Source of the DNA: Alphaproteobacteria bacterium
Lineage (GTDB): Bacteria > Pseudomonadota > Alphaproteobacteria > SHVV01
Length of the DNA stretch: 64,000 nt
Assembly (NCBI GenBank): GCA_965261735.1
Contig: OZ253470.1
Location: forward strand, 64,001 to 128,000
Reading direction: 5' to 3'
This document shows positions 49,913 through 59,556 of the stretch, one piece after another. The translations under genes were made by a program, and so were the position numbers. Positions within the stretch are counted from its first letter, which is position 1. The number at the start of each line of letters is the position of its first letter. The notes under the pieces were generated by a model. It worked only from the letters and a program-made list of their open reading frames with translations. It was not told where the DNA came from and ran no database searches.

Positions 49913-50099
49913 ACGACAACTGGAATACACCTTAATCAAGCCGCCAAGCTGTCCGACAAACCGAGGCCACCTCACAACGCCTTCCGCTCATTGCTCGGCA
50001 TCGCGGGCGACACCTCTGCTCCAACCTATGCCGAGCTTTACTCGGGAGAGTGGCGGCACCCTACATGTAGCGGTCATGGGCGTTAACCGGATAGGCAAG

Positions 50100-50974
50100 G
50101 GCCGAACTGCAGCCGTCTTGGCTGCTTGAGAACGAGTCGCACAGGGACTTGAGGTCCAGCGGGACTTTGTCCTCTTTCGGCAGAAGCCATCCTTGCCACC
50201 TCTGATAATTACCTTCTGGCGTTCGCATGGGGTCTTTGACGTGCGTCTCTATCTGAGTCCCGTGCTTTTGATTAAAGTAGCGCACTATCGAGTCGTAGAT
50301 ACGCGTGACGTAGTCGACGCCCCCATGTTGGTCTAGATTTATCTCAATTCCGTGCAAGAGTTGATTCCTTATCCCACCGCCGTACCCAAAAATACTCCTG
50401 CAAAGCTCCTCGTCCTGTAGGACTTCGTTTGCGATGTAATCCCGATCGGTTGTAAGTCTCCCTTTCGGCAACGTCTTCTGGCCGGCGATCGCTTCTAGCG
50501 CTGATGCCAACATAGAAAAACGGCCAGAAAAAGTCGTAGAGTTTATGGCCTCCCGCATCCGATCGAAGACTTCATCACGTTTTTGATATTTATCGAGCGC
50601 CACGAGCGAGCTCATCTCTTCCTCGCCAAAGGCAAGGGGGGACACCGCGAGCCTGACGCGCCCAGCGAAAAAACAACACTCGATCGTCATTGCCTACTGC
50701 CTTGAGGATCGAGAAGGGCTCCATTTCGGCCGCTGCAAAGCAGCTGGCTCACAAAAGCCACCTTATCCACAACTGGGAATAGCTCGGTTCGAAATTCATT
50801 AATCGCTTGTTGAACGTCTGCCGCCTTTGCCGATCTTTTGGCAATCCACGCCTGACCAGTAGGGCCTTCGGCACCGGTGTGGTGCCACTGTCTGAACTTA
50901 AACCCCTCGTAATCAAAGGGTTCGTACAGCTCAGCGAGCGTTCCAATCCGGTGTTCAATCAGATACTCAGGCAT
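50100..50974 (-). pseudogene. AT-rich gene with HEPN-like RNxxxHG motif, apparently frameshifted twice and truncated by IS1595
   Basis: ATG 50974 lies 2 bp after the iscX stop. The frames join if one base is removed near 50743 and one from the G6 run at 50636-50641. Contains ALEAIAG...IRNQLLHG. Confidence 0.6.
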
Positions 50975-50976
50975 GC

Positions 50977-51177
50977 CTAATCGCGCTCTTCGAGCCAGGC
51001 TGTTTGGATGGCCTCGAGGATTTGTTCGTTGGAGTCGTTGGGCTGGCCGGTGAATTCGGGGAGCTCCAGGACCCATTTGTGGAGATCGGTGAAGCGTAGG
51101 TTCACGACGTCGACGTCGGAGTGGCGCTCTTCGAGCTCGATGGCGATCTCGTTGATATCGGTCCAAATCAGGGCCAT
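50977..51177 (-). CDS. iscX: Fe-S assembly protein IscX
   Basis: WTDI.EIAIEL, LRFTDLHKWV, ILEAIQTAWLEE. Confidence 0.95.
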   Translation of the reverse strand: MALIWTDINEIAIELEERHSDVDVVNLRFTDLHKWVLELPEFTGQPNDSNEQILEAIQTAWLEERD

Positions 51178-51194
51178 GGCGTGCTCCGTTGGCG

Positions 51195-51533
51195 TTAGCG
51201 CCGATCCACCATCATGTTGCGGGTGGCGGACGGTAGGCGGACGGTGAGCCCGTCGAGCGCCTCGCTGATGATGATCTGGCAGCCGAGCCGAGAGGTGTGG
51301 GTGAGGCCGAACGCGAGGTCGAGCATGTCCTCCTCGTCCTCACTCGCCTCGCCGAGGCGATCGAAATAGTCGTTATCGACGATGACGTGACAGGTCGAAC
51401 ACGCGAGCGAACCCTCGCACGCACCTTCGAGGTCGATGTCGTTACGGTGCGCGATCTCCAACACCGACAGGCCGATCGGGGCCTCGACCTCGGCGCGGCT
51501 GCCGTCGGCGTTGATGAAGATCATTCGCGGCAT
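51195..51533 (-). CDS. fdx: ISC 2Fe-2S ferredoxin
   Basis: [14 protein letters not shown]...SRLGCQI. Confidence 0.96.
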   Translation of the reverse strand: MPRMIFINADGSRAEVEAPIGLSVLEIAHRNDIDLEGACEGSLACSTCHVIVDNDYFDRLGEASEDEEDMLDLAFGLTHTSRLGCQIIISEALDGLTVRLPSATRNMMVDRR

Positions 51534-51548
51534 GCCCGCATCCCGCGC

Positions 51549-53453
51549 TCAACGATCTCCGCCGCCGAGGCGCCGCTCGAGCGTATCCACCGCGACGCCC
51601 TCGAGGGCTGCGCGCACACCGCTGTCCATGCGCCGCTCGGCGAAATCGCGCGTCGCTTCGTCGAGGCGCTCGGTGGCGGCGAGGACGGCATCCCGGTCCT
51701 CGCGCCCCATGGCCTCCTCCGCCGCCGCGACGGCCTCGTCGATGGGGCGGCGCTCGTCCGGCGTCAGCAATGCGCCGTCCGCGGCCAGCGCGGCCCGCAC
51801 TGCGAGCACCAGGCGTTCGGCTTCGACGCGCGCTTCCGCCAGCAGCCGCCGTGTCATGTCGTCGCGCGCGTGCACCATGCTCTCACGCAGCATGGCCGCC
51901 ATTTCCTCGGTCGAGAGCCCGTAGCTCGGCTTGACCTCGACGCGCTGCTCCACTCCACTGGTCTGCTCGCGCGCGCCGACCGTGAGCAGGCCGTCCGAAT
52001 CGACGGCGAAGGTGACCCGGATGCGCGCCGCGCCGGCCGTCAACGGCGGAATGCCATCGAGCTCGAAGCGCGCCAGCGAGCGGTTTTGATCGACCATCTC
52101 CCGTTCACCCTGCACGACGTGAATCATCATCGCCTGCTGGCCGTCCTCGTAGGTCGTGAACTCCTGGGCCCGAGACGTGGGGATGGGCGCGTTGCGCGGC
52201 ACCACCTTCTCGACGAGCCCGCCCACGGTCTCGATGCCGAGCGACAGCGGCGTCACGTCGAGCAGTAGCGCGTCCGAGCCCCGGGTCAGGGCCTCGGCCT
52301 GGAGGGCAGCGCCGAGGGCCACCACCTCGTCGGGATCGATCCCGGCGAGCGGCGGCTGCCCGAACAACTCGGCGACGCGCCGGCGCACCAGAGGCACGCG
52401 CGTCGAGCCACCGACCAACACCACGCCATCGATCGCACTCCTGTCGAGGCCAGCATCTTCGAGCACGCCAGAGCAAATATCGATGGAGCGGTCCACCAGC
52501 GGCGCAATCAGGGTCTCGAACGTCGCGGCATCGAGGGTATGCCCCGTCGCGCGGTCACCCTGGCCGAGTGCCCATTCGCCCGATTCGGCGTCGCTCAACG
52601 CCTCCTTGACCGCGCGCGCCTGGACCAGAGCCAATCGGGCATCGGCGGGCGCGATGTCCGGGTCGCCGAACTGCGCCGCGCGCTCGGCCAGGAACCGCTC
52701 GGCGATGGCGTGATCGAAATCATCGCCACCGAGCGCCGCATCGCCGCCGGTGGCGAGAACCTGGAAAACACCCATGCGCAGGCGCAGCAGCGAAATATCG
52801 AAGGTGCCGCCCCCGAGGTCATAGACCGCGAACACACCCTCCTCGCCCGTATCCAGACCGTAAGCGAGGGCCGCGGCCGTTGGCTCGTTCACGAGGCGCA
52901 GCACGTCGAGCCCGGCGAGCTTGGCCGCATCCTTGGTCGCCGCGCGCGCGGCATCGTCGAAATAGGCCGGCACGGTGATGACGGCGCGCTCGACGGAGTG
53001 CTCCAACGCGGCCTCGGCGCGCGCCTTGAGCTGGCGCAGAATGTCGGCCGAGATCTCGACCGGGGTCAGCGAGCGCCCGCCAACGACGAGCCGCACCATG
53101 CCTTCCGCGTCACCGCCAGCGGCATCGATCTGGTAGGGCAGCGTGCCGGCGAGCCTTTTCAGGTCCGCGGGCCCGCGTCCCATGAGCCGCTTGATCGAGG
53201 TGACCACACGATCCGGCGCATCGAGCAGCATCCGGCCCGCGGCCGCGCCCACGATCGCGGCGCCGCCCGCGTCATAGGCGACGATCGAGGCGACCAGGCC
53301 GCCGCCGTGGGCGTCCCGCAGGACCTCCGGTTTGCCCGCGACCGAGAGCGCGACCAGCGAATTGGTGGTGCCGAGGTCGATGCCGACCGCGGCCGCGTCG
53401 CCCTCATGGGGATGCGGCGTGCGGCCGGGCTCGTGGATGTCGAGCAGGGCCAT
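51549..53453 (-). CDS. hscA: Fe-S chaperone HscA
   Basis: GIDLGTTNS, TVPAYFDDA, DLGGGTFD, VKPSYGL. Located in the isc operon. Confidence 0.95.
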   Translation of the reverse strand: MALLDIHEPGRTPHPHEGDAAAVGIDLGTTNSLVALSVAGKPEVLRDAHGGGLVASIVAYDAGGAAIVGAAAGRMLLDAPDRVVTSIKRLMGRGPADLKRLAGTLPYQIDAAGGDAEGMVRLVVGGRSLTPVEISADILRQLKARAEAALEHSVERAVITVPAYFDDAARAATKDAAKLAGLDVLRLVNEPTAAALAYGLDTGEEGVFAVYDLGGGTFDISLLRLRMGVFQVLATGGDAALGGDDFDHAIAERFLAERAAQFGDPDIAPADARLALVQARAVKEALSDAESGEWALGQGDRATGHTLDAATFETLIAPLVDRSIDICSGVLEDAGLDRSAIDGVVLVGGSTRVPLVRRRVAELFGQPPLAGIDPDEVVALGAALQAEALTRGSDALLLDVTPLSLGIETVGGLVEKVVPRNAPIPTSRAQEFTTYEDGQQAMMIHVVQGEREMVDQNRSLARFELDGIPPLTAGAARIRVTFAVDSDGLLTVGAREQTSGVEQRVEVKPSYGLSTEEMAAMLRESMVHARDDMTRRLLAEARVEAERLVLAVRAALAADGALLTPDERRPIDEAVAAAEEAMGREDRDAVLAATERLDEATRDFAERRMDSGVRAALEGVAVDTLERRLGGGDR

Positions 53454-53456
53454 CGC

Positions 53457-54170
53457 TCAAGACGCCGCGGCGGCGGCCAGGCGCGCACGCCGCGCCCGGG
53501 ACTCGGCGAGGAGCTTGTCGAGATACCTGAGCCGCATCGTCAGTTCCGACGCGAGGTCGAGGACATCCTCGGTGAACGCCTCGGCGAGGCGCGCCAGGCA
53601 GCGCGCGACTTCGTCTTCGGCGGCGCCGATGATGAGGTCTACCGCGGCCGGCGTGTCCGCGCGATCGAGCGCCTCGCGCGCCTCCAGCGCTTCGTGGAGT
53701 AGCTTGGGATCATCGATCGTGCTCGCCGGGTCGCGCACCGCGATACCCCTGTGCGCGAGCAGGTATTCAGCCCGGGCGAGCGGTGCTCTCAGCACCTCGT
53801 AGGCCCTGTTGAGGCTGGTCGCGTGCTGCGCCGAGTAGAGCTGCTCGGTCGCCGAGCGGTTCGCGAAACGGTCGGGGTGGAACTGGCGCTGAAGTCCGAA
53901 ATACACCCGGTCGAGCTCTCCGAGATCGATCTCGAACGCCGGCGCTATTTCGAGGCGCGCGAAGTGATCGGCCGCGGATGGTGGCTGCAGCGCATGGCAG
54001 GTGGCGCAGAAGGCTTGACCCTCGGCCACGGGCCCGCGGCAGGACCAGCACCGCCCCTGCTCCGGCGCCCGATCGGCGCGCTCCGCTCTCGCTGTCGTCC
54101 TGTCGTTCACGTTCTGGCGCAGGAATGATTGAGCCCATGCGGCGGACGGTGGCGCGATAGCGGCCGCCAC
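53457..54170 (-). CDS. hscB: Co-chaperone HscB with N-terminal tetracysteine motif (start may be GTG 54110)
   Basis: CWSC...FCATC..LQP; J-domain HPD; RAEYLL. Confidence 0.92.
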   Translation of the reverse strand: MAAAIAPPSAAWAQSFLRQNVNDRTTARAERADRAPEQGRCWSCRGPVAEGQAFCATCHALQPPSAADHFARLEIAPAFEIDLGELDRVYFGLQRQFHPDRFANRSATEQLYSAQHATSLNRAYEVLRAPLARAEYLLAHRGIAVRDPASTIDDPKLLHEALEAREALDRADTPAAVDLIIGAAEDEVARCLARLAEAFTEDVLDLASELTMRLRYLDKLLAESRARRARLAAAAAS

Positions 54171-54189
54171 ATCTCGGCGAAGGCGGCGC

Positions 54190-54522
54190 TCAGACGTGGA
54201 AGGACTCGCCGCAGCCGCACTTGCCTTTTTCGTTGGGATTGATGAAGACGAAGCCCGACTTCAGTTTCTCTTCGACGAAATCCATTTCCGTACCGGCGAG
54301 GAACATGGCGGCCTTGGGGTCGATCAGAATCGTAACGCCCCTGTCCTCGACCAGCTCGTCGAACTCGCCTTTCTCGTCGGCGTACTCGAGCGTGTAAGAG
54401 AGCCCCGAGCAGCCTGCGGTGCGGACGCCGATGCGCACGCCCAGCGCCGGCGTGCCGCGCTCGGCCATCAGGTGTCTGACCCGCTCCGCCGCCGCTTCCG
54501 AGATACTGATCATCGGCCCCAT
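54190..54522 (-). CDS. iscA: Fe-S carrier IscA
   Basis: GCSGLSY...NPNEKGKCGCGESF. Confidence 0.95.
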   Translation of the reverse strand: MGPMISISEAAAERVRHLMAERGTPALGVRIGVRTAGCSGLSYTLEYADEKGEFDELVEDRGVTILIDPKAAMFLAGTEMDFVEEKLKSGFVFINPNEKGKCGCGESFHV

Positions 54523-54556
54523 GCTGGTCTCACTTCTCCAACTCCGGCGGGCCCGC

Positions 54557-54943
54557 CTATTCCGAGCCGCTCTTGGTACGGTAGTCGGCGATCGCCGCCT
54601 TGATCGCGTCCTCGGCCAGTACCGAGCAGTGAATCTTCACGGGCGGCAGCGCCAGATGCTGGGCGATGTGGGTATTCTTGATCGTTGCCGCCTCGTCGAT
54701 CGTCTTGCCCTTGATCCATTCGGTGGCGAGGCTCGAGGAGGCAATCGCGGAACCGCAGCCGAAGGTCTTGAACTTGGCGTCCTCGATGATGCCGTTGGCG
54801 CCGACCTTGATCTGCATCTTCATGACGTCGCCACAGGCGGGCGCACCGACGAGACCGGTACCCACGTCGCCCGCGTCCTTGTCCATGGAGCCGACGTTGC
54901 GGGGGTTCTCGTAGTGGTCGATGACTTTTTCGTTGTAGGCCAT
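54557..54943 (-). CDS. iscU: Fe-S scaffold IscU
   Basis: YENPRNVGS, GAPACGDVM, FGCGSAIASSS, LPPVKIHCS. Confidence 0.98.
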   Translation of the reverse strand: MAYNEKVIDHYENPRNVGSMDKDAGDVGTGLVGAPACGDVMKMQIKVGANGIIEDAKFKTFGCGSAIASSSLATEWIKGKTIDEAATIKNTHIAQHLALPPVKIHCSVLAEDAIKAAIADYRTKSGSE

Positions 54944-54978
54944 GGGTGGTTATCCTTCGGGTGCCAATTGTTGCTCTG

Positions 54979-56235
54979 CTAATGATCGGACCATTCGATC
55001 GATTTGATGTCGATGCCTTCCTGAACCATCTCCCATAGCGGGCTCATCTCGCGCAAGCGGCCGACGTGTTCGCGCACGGACTGGATGGCGTAGTCGATCT
55101 CCGCCTCGGTGGTGAAGCGACCGATGCCGAAGCGGATGGAGGTATGCGCCAGCTCGACGTCGACGCCAAGCGCGCGCAGCACGTAGGAGGGCTCGAGCGA
55201 GGCCGAGGTGCAGGCCGAGCCCGACGACACGGCGAGGTCCTTGATCGCCATCAACAGCGATTCGCCCTCGACGTAGGCGAAGCTCAGATTGATGTTGCCC
55301 GGAATACGCTCTTCGGCGTCGCCGTTGAGGTAGACGTCGGGAATCTCCTTGCGAATGCCGTCCAACAGCCTGTCGCGCAGGCGCCGGATGTGTTCGTTGT
55401 CGCTGCCCATTTCCTGCTCGGCGATGGCGCACGCCTGGCCCAGCCCGGCGCAGAGCGGTGTCGGCAGTGTGCCCGAGCGCATGCCGCGCTCCTGGCCGCC
55501 GCCGTCGATCATCGCCTTGAGCCGCACGCGAGGCTTGCGACGGACGTACAGGGCGCCGATGCCCATGGGGCCGTAGATCTTGTGGCCCGAGATGCTCAAC
55601 AGGTCGATCTTCATCGCGTTGACGTCGATCGGCATCTTGCCCACGGCCTGCGCCGCGTCGCTATGGAAGAACACCCCGTTTTCGCGGCATAGGGCACCGA
55701 TTTCGGCGAGCGGCTGAATAACGCCGATTTCGTTATTCACGCCCATCACCGAGACCAGAACCGTCCTCTCGGTCAGCGCGTCGCGCAACACGTCGAGGTC
55801 GACGAGACCGTTGTCGCCGACCGGCACATACGTGACCGCAAACCCCTCCTCCTCGAGATGGCGGCAGGTGTCGAGGACGCACTTGTGCTCGGTCACGACG
55901 GTCACGATGTGGTCCTTGCGCTCCTTGTAAAAGCGCGCAACGCCCTTCAGCGCGAGGTTGTTCGACTCGGTGGCGCCCGAGGTGAAGATGATCTCCCGCG
56001 GGTCCGCGCCGATGATGCTGGCGACCTGGGCGCGCGCCGTCTCGACGCCCTCCTCCGCCTCCCAGCCGAAGGCATGGCTGCGCGAGTGGGCGTTGCCGAA
56101 CTTGTCGGTATAGTACGGCATCATGGCCTCGAGCACGCGCGGGTCGAGCGGCGTCGTCGCCTGGTAGTCGAGGTAGATCGGCAAACGGATGTTGGCGTTC
56201 ATCGTTGTCTCGACCATGTCCTTGGCCCCCGTCAT
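54979..56235 (-). CDS. iscS: Cysteine desulfurase IscS
   Basis: [43 protein letters not shown] overlaps the upstream stop. Confidence 0.96.
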   Translation of the reverse strand: MTGAKDMVETTMNANIRLPIYLDYQATTPLDPRVLEAMMPYYTDKFGNAHSRSHAFGWEAEEGVETARAQVASIIGADPREIIFTSGATESNNLALKGVARFYKERKDHIVTVVTEHKCVLDTCRHLEEEGFAVTYVPVGDNGLVDLDVLRDALTERTVLVSVMGVNNEIGVIQPLAEIGALCRENGVFFHSDAAQAVGKMPIDVNAMKIDLLSISGHKIYGPMGIGALYVRRKPRVRLKAMIDGGGQERGMRSGTLPTPLCAGLGQACAIAEQEMGSDNEHIRRLRDRLLDGIRKEIPDVYLNGDAEERIPGNINLSFAYVEGESLLMAIKDLAVSSGSACTSASLEPSYVLRALGVDVELAHTSIRFGIGRFTTEAEIDYAIQSVREHVGRLREMSPLWEMVQEGIDIKSIEWSDH

Positions 56236-57383
56236 GCGGCCGGCTCCACCACCATGGCTCGCGCCTCCTGGTGTACACGGCGATACAATCTGCTCCAGCC
56301 ATCGACGAGCCGGTCGATGTCGCCGGACTCGGTGCGCCAGCCCAGGCTCACCCGGATGGCGCACTCAGCCTCCTCATCGGCAACGCCCATCGCCTCGAGG
56401 ACGTGCGAGCGCGCGACCTTGCCCGACGAGCACGCGGCACCGGCGCTGACGGCGATCCCGTCGAGATCGAGCGCCATGACCTGGGTTTCGCTGCTCACGC
56501 CTGGCATCGTGCAACAGGTGGTGTTGGGGAGGCGGGCAACGCCGCCTCCGAAACAGGTCATCGCGGGGGCGATATCGCGCAAGCGCCGCTCCAGCGAATC
56601 GCGCATCGCGGCGAACGGCCGACCATCGCTCAGCTCGCGCAGCGCCAACTCGGCGGCCACGCCGAAGCCCACGATCCCGGCCACGTTTTCGGTGCCTGCG
56701 CGGCGCCCGCGCTCCTGCCCGCCACCAACGAGCTGCGCCGCCAGCGGCACGCCCTCGGCCACCACCAGTGCGCCAACCCCCTGCGGCCCGCCGAGCTTGT
56801 GTGCCGACAGGCTCATGAGATCGACCCCGAGCTCGGCCATGTCGACGGGGATCTTGCCTGCGGCCTGCACCGCGTCGGTGTGAACGAGCGCGCCGTGGGC
56901 GTGCGCCATCTCGGCGATGCGCGCCACCGGTTGAACAACGCCGGTTTCGTTGTTGGCCAGCATGACCGAAACGAGTTTGGGGCCGGGATCGGCCGCTAGG
57001 GCCTCCTCGAGGCGCCCCAGAACGACCGCGCCGTCGCCGTCCACCGGGAGCACGACGGCATCGCCATCGGTGACCAATGCGGTAGCTAGGACCGAACCGT
57101 GTTCGACGGCCGAGACGAACAGGCGGCGCCGGCCCACGCCCTTGAGCGCTAGATTGTTGGCCTCGGTGCCACCGCTGGTGAATACCATGTCTTCGGAGCG
57201 GGCGCCCACGAGCGCCGCGACTAAGCCACGCGCCCGCTCGACCTCGCGCCTCGCGGCGCGCCCGAGCTGGTGCACCGAGGACGCGTTGCCGCCCAGGGCA
57301 AGTAGCGATCCCATCGCGGCGATCACCTCGGGCCGCGCGGGCGCCGTCGCGTTGTAGTCGAGATATGCCACCGTCTCAGCCAA
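56232..57383 (-). CDS. Second group-I (NifS-like) cysteine desulfurase
   Basis: [26 protein letters not shown]. Confidence 0.92.
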   Translation of the reverse strand: MAETVAYLDYNATAPARPEVIAAMGSLLALGGNASSVHQLGRAARREVERARGLVAALVGARSEDMVFTSGGTEANNLALKGVGRRRLFVSAVEHGSVLATALVTDGDAVVLPVDGDGAVVLGRLEEALAADPGPKLVSVMLANNETGVVQPVARIAEMAHAHGALVHTDAVQAAGKIPVDMAELGVDLMSLSAHKLGGPQGVGALVVAEGVPLAAQLVGGGQERGRRAGTENVAGIVGFGVAAELALRELSDGRPFAAMRDSLERRLRDIAPAMTCFGGGVARLPNTTCCTMPGVSSETQVMALDLDGIAVSAGAACSSGKVARSHVLEAMGVADEEAECAIRVSLGWRTESGDIDRLVDGWSRLYRRVHQEARAMVVEPAA

Positions 57384-57885
57384 CGCTCGCTCCGCTCGCG
57401 AGGGGTTGCGCGCTCGTCGAGGCGATGGGGCCCAAGCCCAGGCGCTCTTGATGAAGAGCGCCGCTCGCCCCGAGGACGCGCCCGCGAACGACGTCGTCGA
57501 GCGACACGGAGCTCAGGAACAGGTAGATCTGGTTGCCGAGCTCGGCCCATAGGTCGTGGGTCAGGCAGCGTCCCGAAGCGCCGGCGCAACCGAGCGGCGA
57601 ATCGAGCTCACAGCGCGTCTGTTTCAGGGATTCGTCGACCGCCACGACGATGTCGGACACGCGCATTTCCTGGGGTGGGCGACTCAGGACGTAGCCACCG
57701 CCGGGTCCGCGCACGCTCTTGACCATGCCGCGCCGGCGCAGTTTGGCGAAAAGCTGCTCGAGGTAGGAGACCGAAATATCCTGTCGATCCGCGATATCAG
57801 CCAACGCAACCGGCTTTCCGGCGCTGTTCAGGACCAGATCGGTCATGGCCATGACCGCATACCGCCCTTTCGTGCCGAGTTTCAC
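57376..57885 (-). CDS. iscR: Rrf2 regulator IscR
   Basis: KGRYAV.AM, YLEQLFAKL, SVRGPGGGY, ligands C-x7-C-x6-C-LTH. Confidence 0.92.
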   Translation of the reverse strand: MKLGTKGRYAVMAMTDLVLNSAGKPVALADIADRQDISVSYLEQLFAKLRRRGMVKSVRGPGGGYVLSRPPQEMRVSDIVVAVDESLKQTRCELDSPLGCAGASGRCLTHDLWAELGNQIYLFLSSVSLDDVVRGRVLGASGALHQERLGLGPIASTSAQPLASGASVG

Positions 57886-57946
57886 GCCACATCTCCTTCA
57901 TGCACCGCGCTAGGTGTCGAAGCCGCGAGCTCTTGCGACCGCACGC

Positions 57947-58690
57947 TCACGTCTCGCCCTCCACGGCCTTGTCTTTTGCCGCCGATTCGTCCGCTTCGGG
58001 CGGCGAGCCGGGCCATTCGCTGTTCGCCAATTGGCCTTCCAATTCGCTGACCCGTGCCGACAGCGTCTGGACGTGGTCGAGCAGGCCATCGACCACCCGC
58101 GCCACCGGATCGGGGATGCCTTCGCTCGACAATCCGTAGGCGGCAAAAGCGAGGCGTTCCTCGGCATCGTCCGGGCGCCTCGGCGCCACCACCTTGGCGG
58201 GGATGCCGACGACGGACGCGCAGGCCGCGACATCCTTGAGGACCACGGCGTTCGATCCGACCCGGGCCCCCCTTCCGATGGTGACCGGTCCCAGCACCTT
58301 CGCGCCAGCACCGACAATCACGTCGTCCCCGAGGGTGGGATGGCGCTTGCCCGGCTCGAGCGAGGTTCCGCCCAGGGTTACGCCCTGATAGAGCGTGACG
58401 TTGTCGCCGATTTCCGAAGTTTCGCCTATGACAACACCCATCCCGTGATCGATGAACAATTTGCGGCCAATCCTCGCTCCGGGATGAATTTCGATTCCGG
58501 TAAGAAACCGCCCCAGATGCGAAAGGAAGCGACCGAGAAAGAATAACCGGCTCTCCCATGCGCTGTGCGCGAGGCTGTAGAGGGCGAGGGCATGAAAGCC
58601 GGGGTAGCTGAACACCACCTCGGCCCGCGACCGCGCCGCCGGATCGCGCTCCATCACCGCGTCGATGTTCTCGCCAAGCTCCTTGAACAT
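57947..58690 (-). CDS. cysE: Serine O-acetyltransferase
   Basis: [32 protein letters not shown]. Confidence 0.96.
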   Translation of the reverse strand: MFKELGENIDAVMERDPAARSRAEVVFSYPGFHALALYSLAHSAWESRLFFLGRFLSHLGRFLTGIEIHPGARIGRKLFIDHGMGVVIGETSEIGDNVTLYQGVTLGGTSLEPGKRHPTLGDDVIVGAGAKVLGPVTIGRGARVGSNAVVLKDVAACASVVGIPAKVVAPRRPDDAEERLAFAAYGLSSEGIPDPVARVVDGLLDHVQTLSARVSELEGQLANSEWPGSPPEADESAAKDKAVEGET

Positions 58691-58768
58691 GCTACCCTAC
58701 GTGTCATATGACTCGTGGCGCCCCCTCGCGCGACGGGGCAAACTAACACTCGAACACATATGGTATCC

Positions 58769-58805
58769 GACCTGATCAGTCAAGTATTGACCGGAAATCA
58801 AGGTC
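58769..58805. promoter_or_regulatory. Imperfect palindrome, putative IscR operator over the cysE-isc -35
   Basis: GACCTGAT-CA-GTCAA-GTA-TTGAC-CGGAA-ATCAAGGTC; TTGACT on the minus strand. Confidence 0.55.
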
Positions 58806-58890
58806 TGCTTGGCCTTTATCTTCCGACAGAACTGATTGGTTATTGAGGCCCCGAGCCGGCGCACCGGGCGCCGGACAACAATGAGTCGCC

Positions 58891-59556
58891 ATGCCTGAAG
58901 TCATCATCAACGGTCCCGAGGGCCGCCTGGAAGGCCGATATCAGGCGGGGCCGGCCCCGCAAAGCCCGATCGCCGTCGTTCTCCACCCGCATCCTCAGCA
59001 CGGCGGAACGATGAACAACAAGGTCGTTTACAACGTCTTCCAAGTCTTTGCGCGGCGCGGCTTTTCGGTGTTGCGGTTCAACTTTCGCGGCGTCGGCCGC
59101 AGTGAAGGAGCCTATGACAGCGGCCACGGGGAGCTGTCCGACGCCGCCTCGGCCCTCGATTGGCTACAGACCTGCAACCCCGATTCATCGGTATGCTGGG
59201 TTGGCGGCTTCTCCTTCGGCGCCTGGATCTGCATGCAGCTCCTCATGCGCCGGCCCGAGATCGATGGTTTCGTGTCGATATCGCCGCCGGCGAACCGGTT
59301 CGACTTCGCGTTCCTTTCGCCCTGTCCGTCGTCGGGGTTGGTCCTCCAGGGTACCGTCGACGAGATCGTCCCTGAGCCAGAGGTAGCGAAGTTTGCCGCC
59401 AAGCTCGCGAGCCAGCGCGGCATCGATGTCGAGTATCGCCACGTTGTCGGAGCCAATCACCTCTACGACAACAAGCTCGATGAGATGATCCTAACCGTCG
59501 AAGACTACCTCGACCGCTCGCTCGCCCTGCCCACCGCCAAGCGGGCGAGCCGCTAG
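58891..59556 (+). CDS. Alpha/beta hydrolase, conserved isc/suf-adjacent family
   Basis: LHPHPQHGGTM, FNFRGVGRS, GFSFG. Confidence 0.9.
   Translation: MPEVIINGPEGRLEGRYQAGPAPQSPIAVVLHPHPQHGGTMNNKVVYNVFQVFARRGFSVLRFNFRGVGRSEGAYDSGHGELSDAASALDWLQTCNPDSSVCWVGGFSFGAWICMQLLMRRPEIDGFVSISPPANRFDFAFLSPCPSSGLVLQGTVDEIVPEPEVAKFAAKLASQRGIDVEYRHVVGANHLYDNKLDEMILTVEDYLDRSLALPTAKRASR

Larger units (their letters stand above)
48633..49974 (+). mobile_element. IS3-family insertion sequence
   Basis: TG...CA ends; imperfect 26-bp TIR TGAGGTGGCC(C/T)CGG....TCGGACAG; 3-bp target duplication CAA. Confidence 0.95.
47650..50099 (+). mobile_element. IS1595-family copy 2, inverted relative to copy 1 and interrupted by an IS3
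   Basis: Same TIRs at 47650 and 50085-50099. Sequence resumes at 49975 (caacgccttccgc...). Flanks cttgcatg / ggccgaac do not match. Confidence 0.93.

Noticed and set aside
50687-51166. 159-aa ORF overlapping iscX
   Set aside because: The first 64 codons are an alternate frame of iscX; only the part from ATG 50974 looks real and belongs to the HEPN-like pseudogene.
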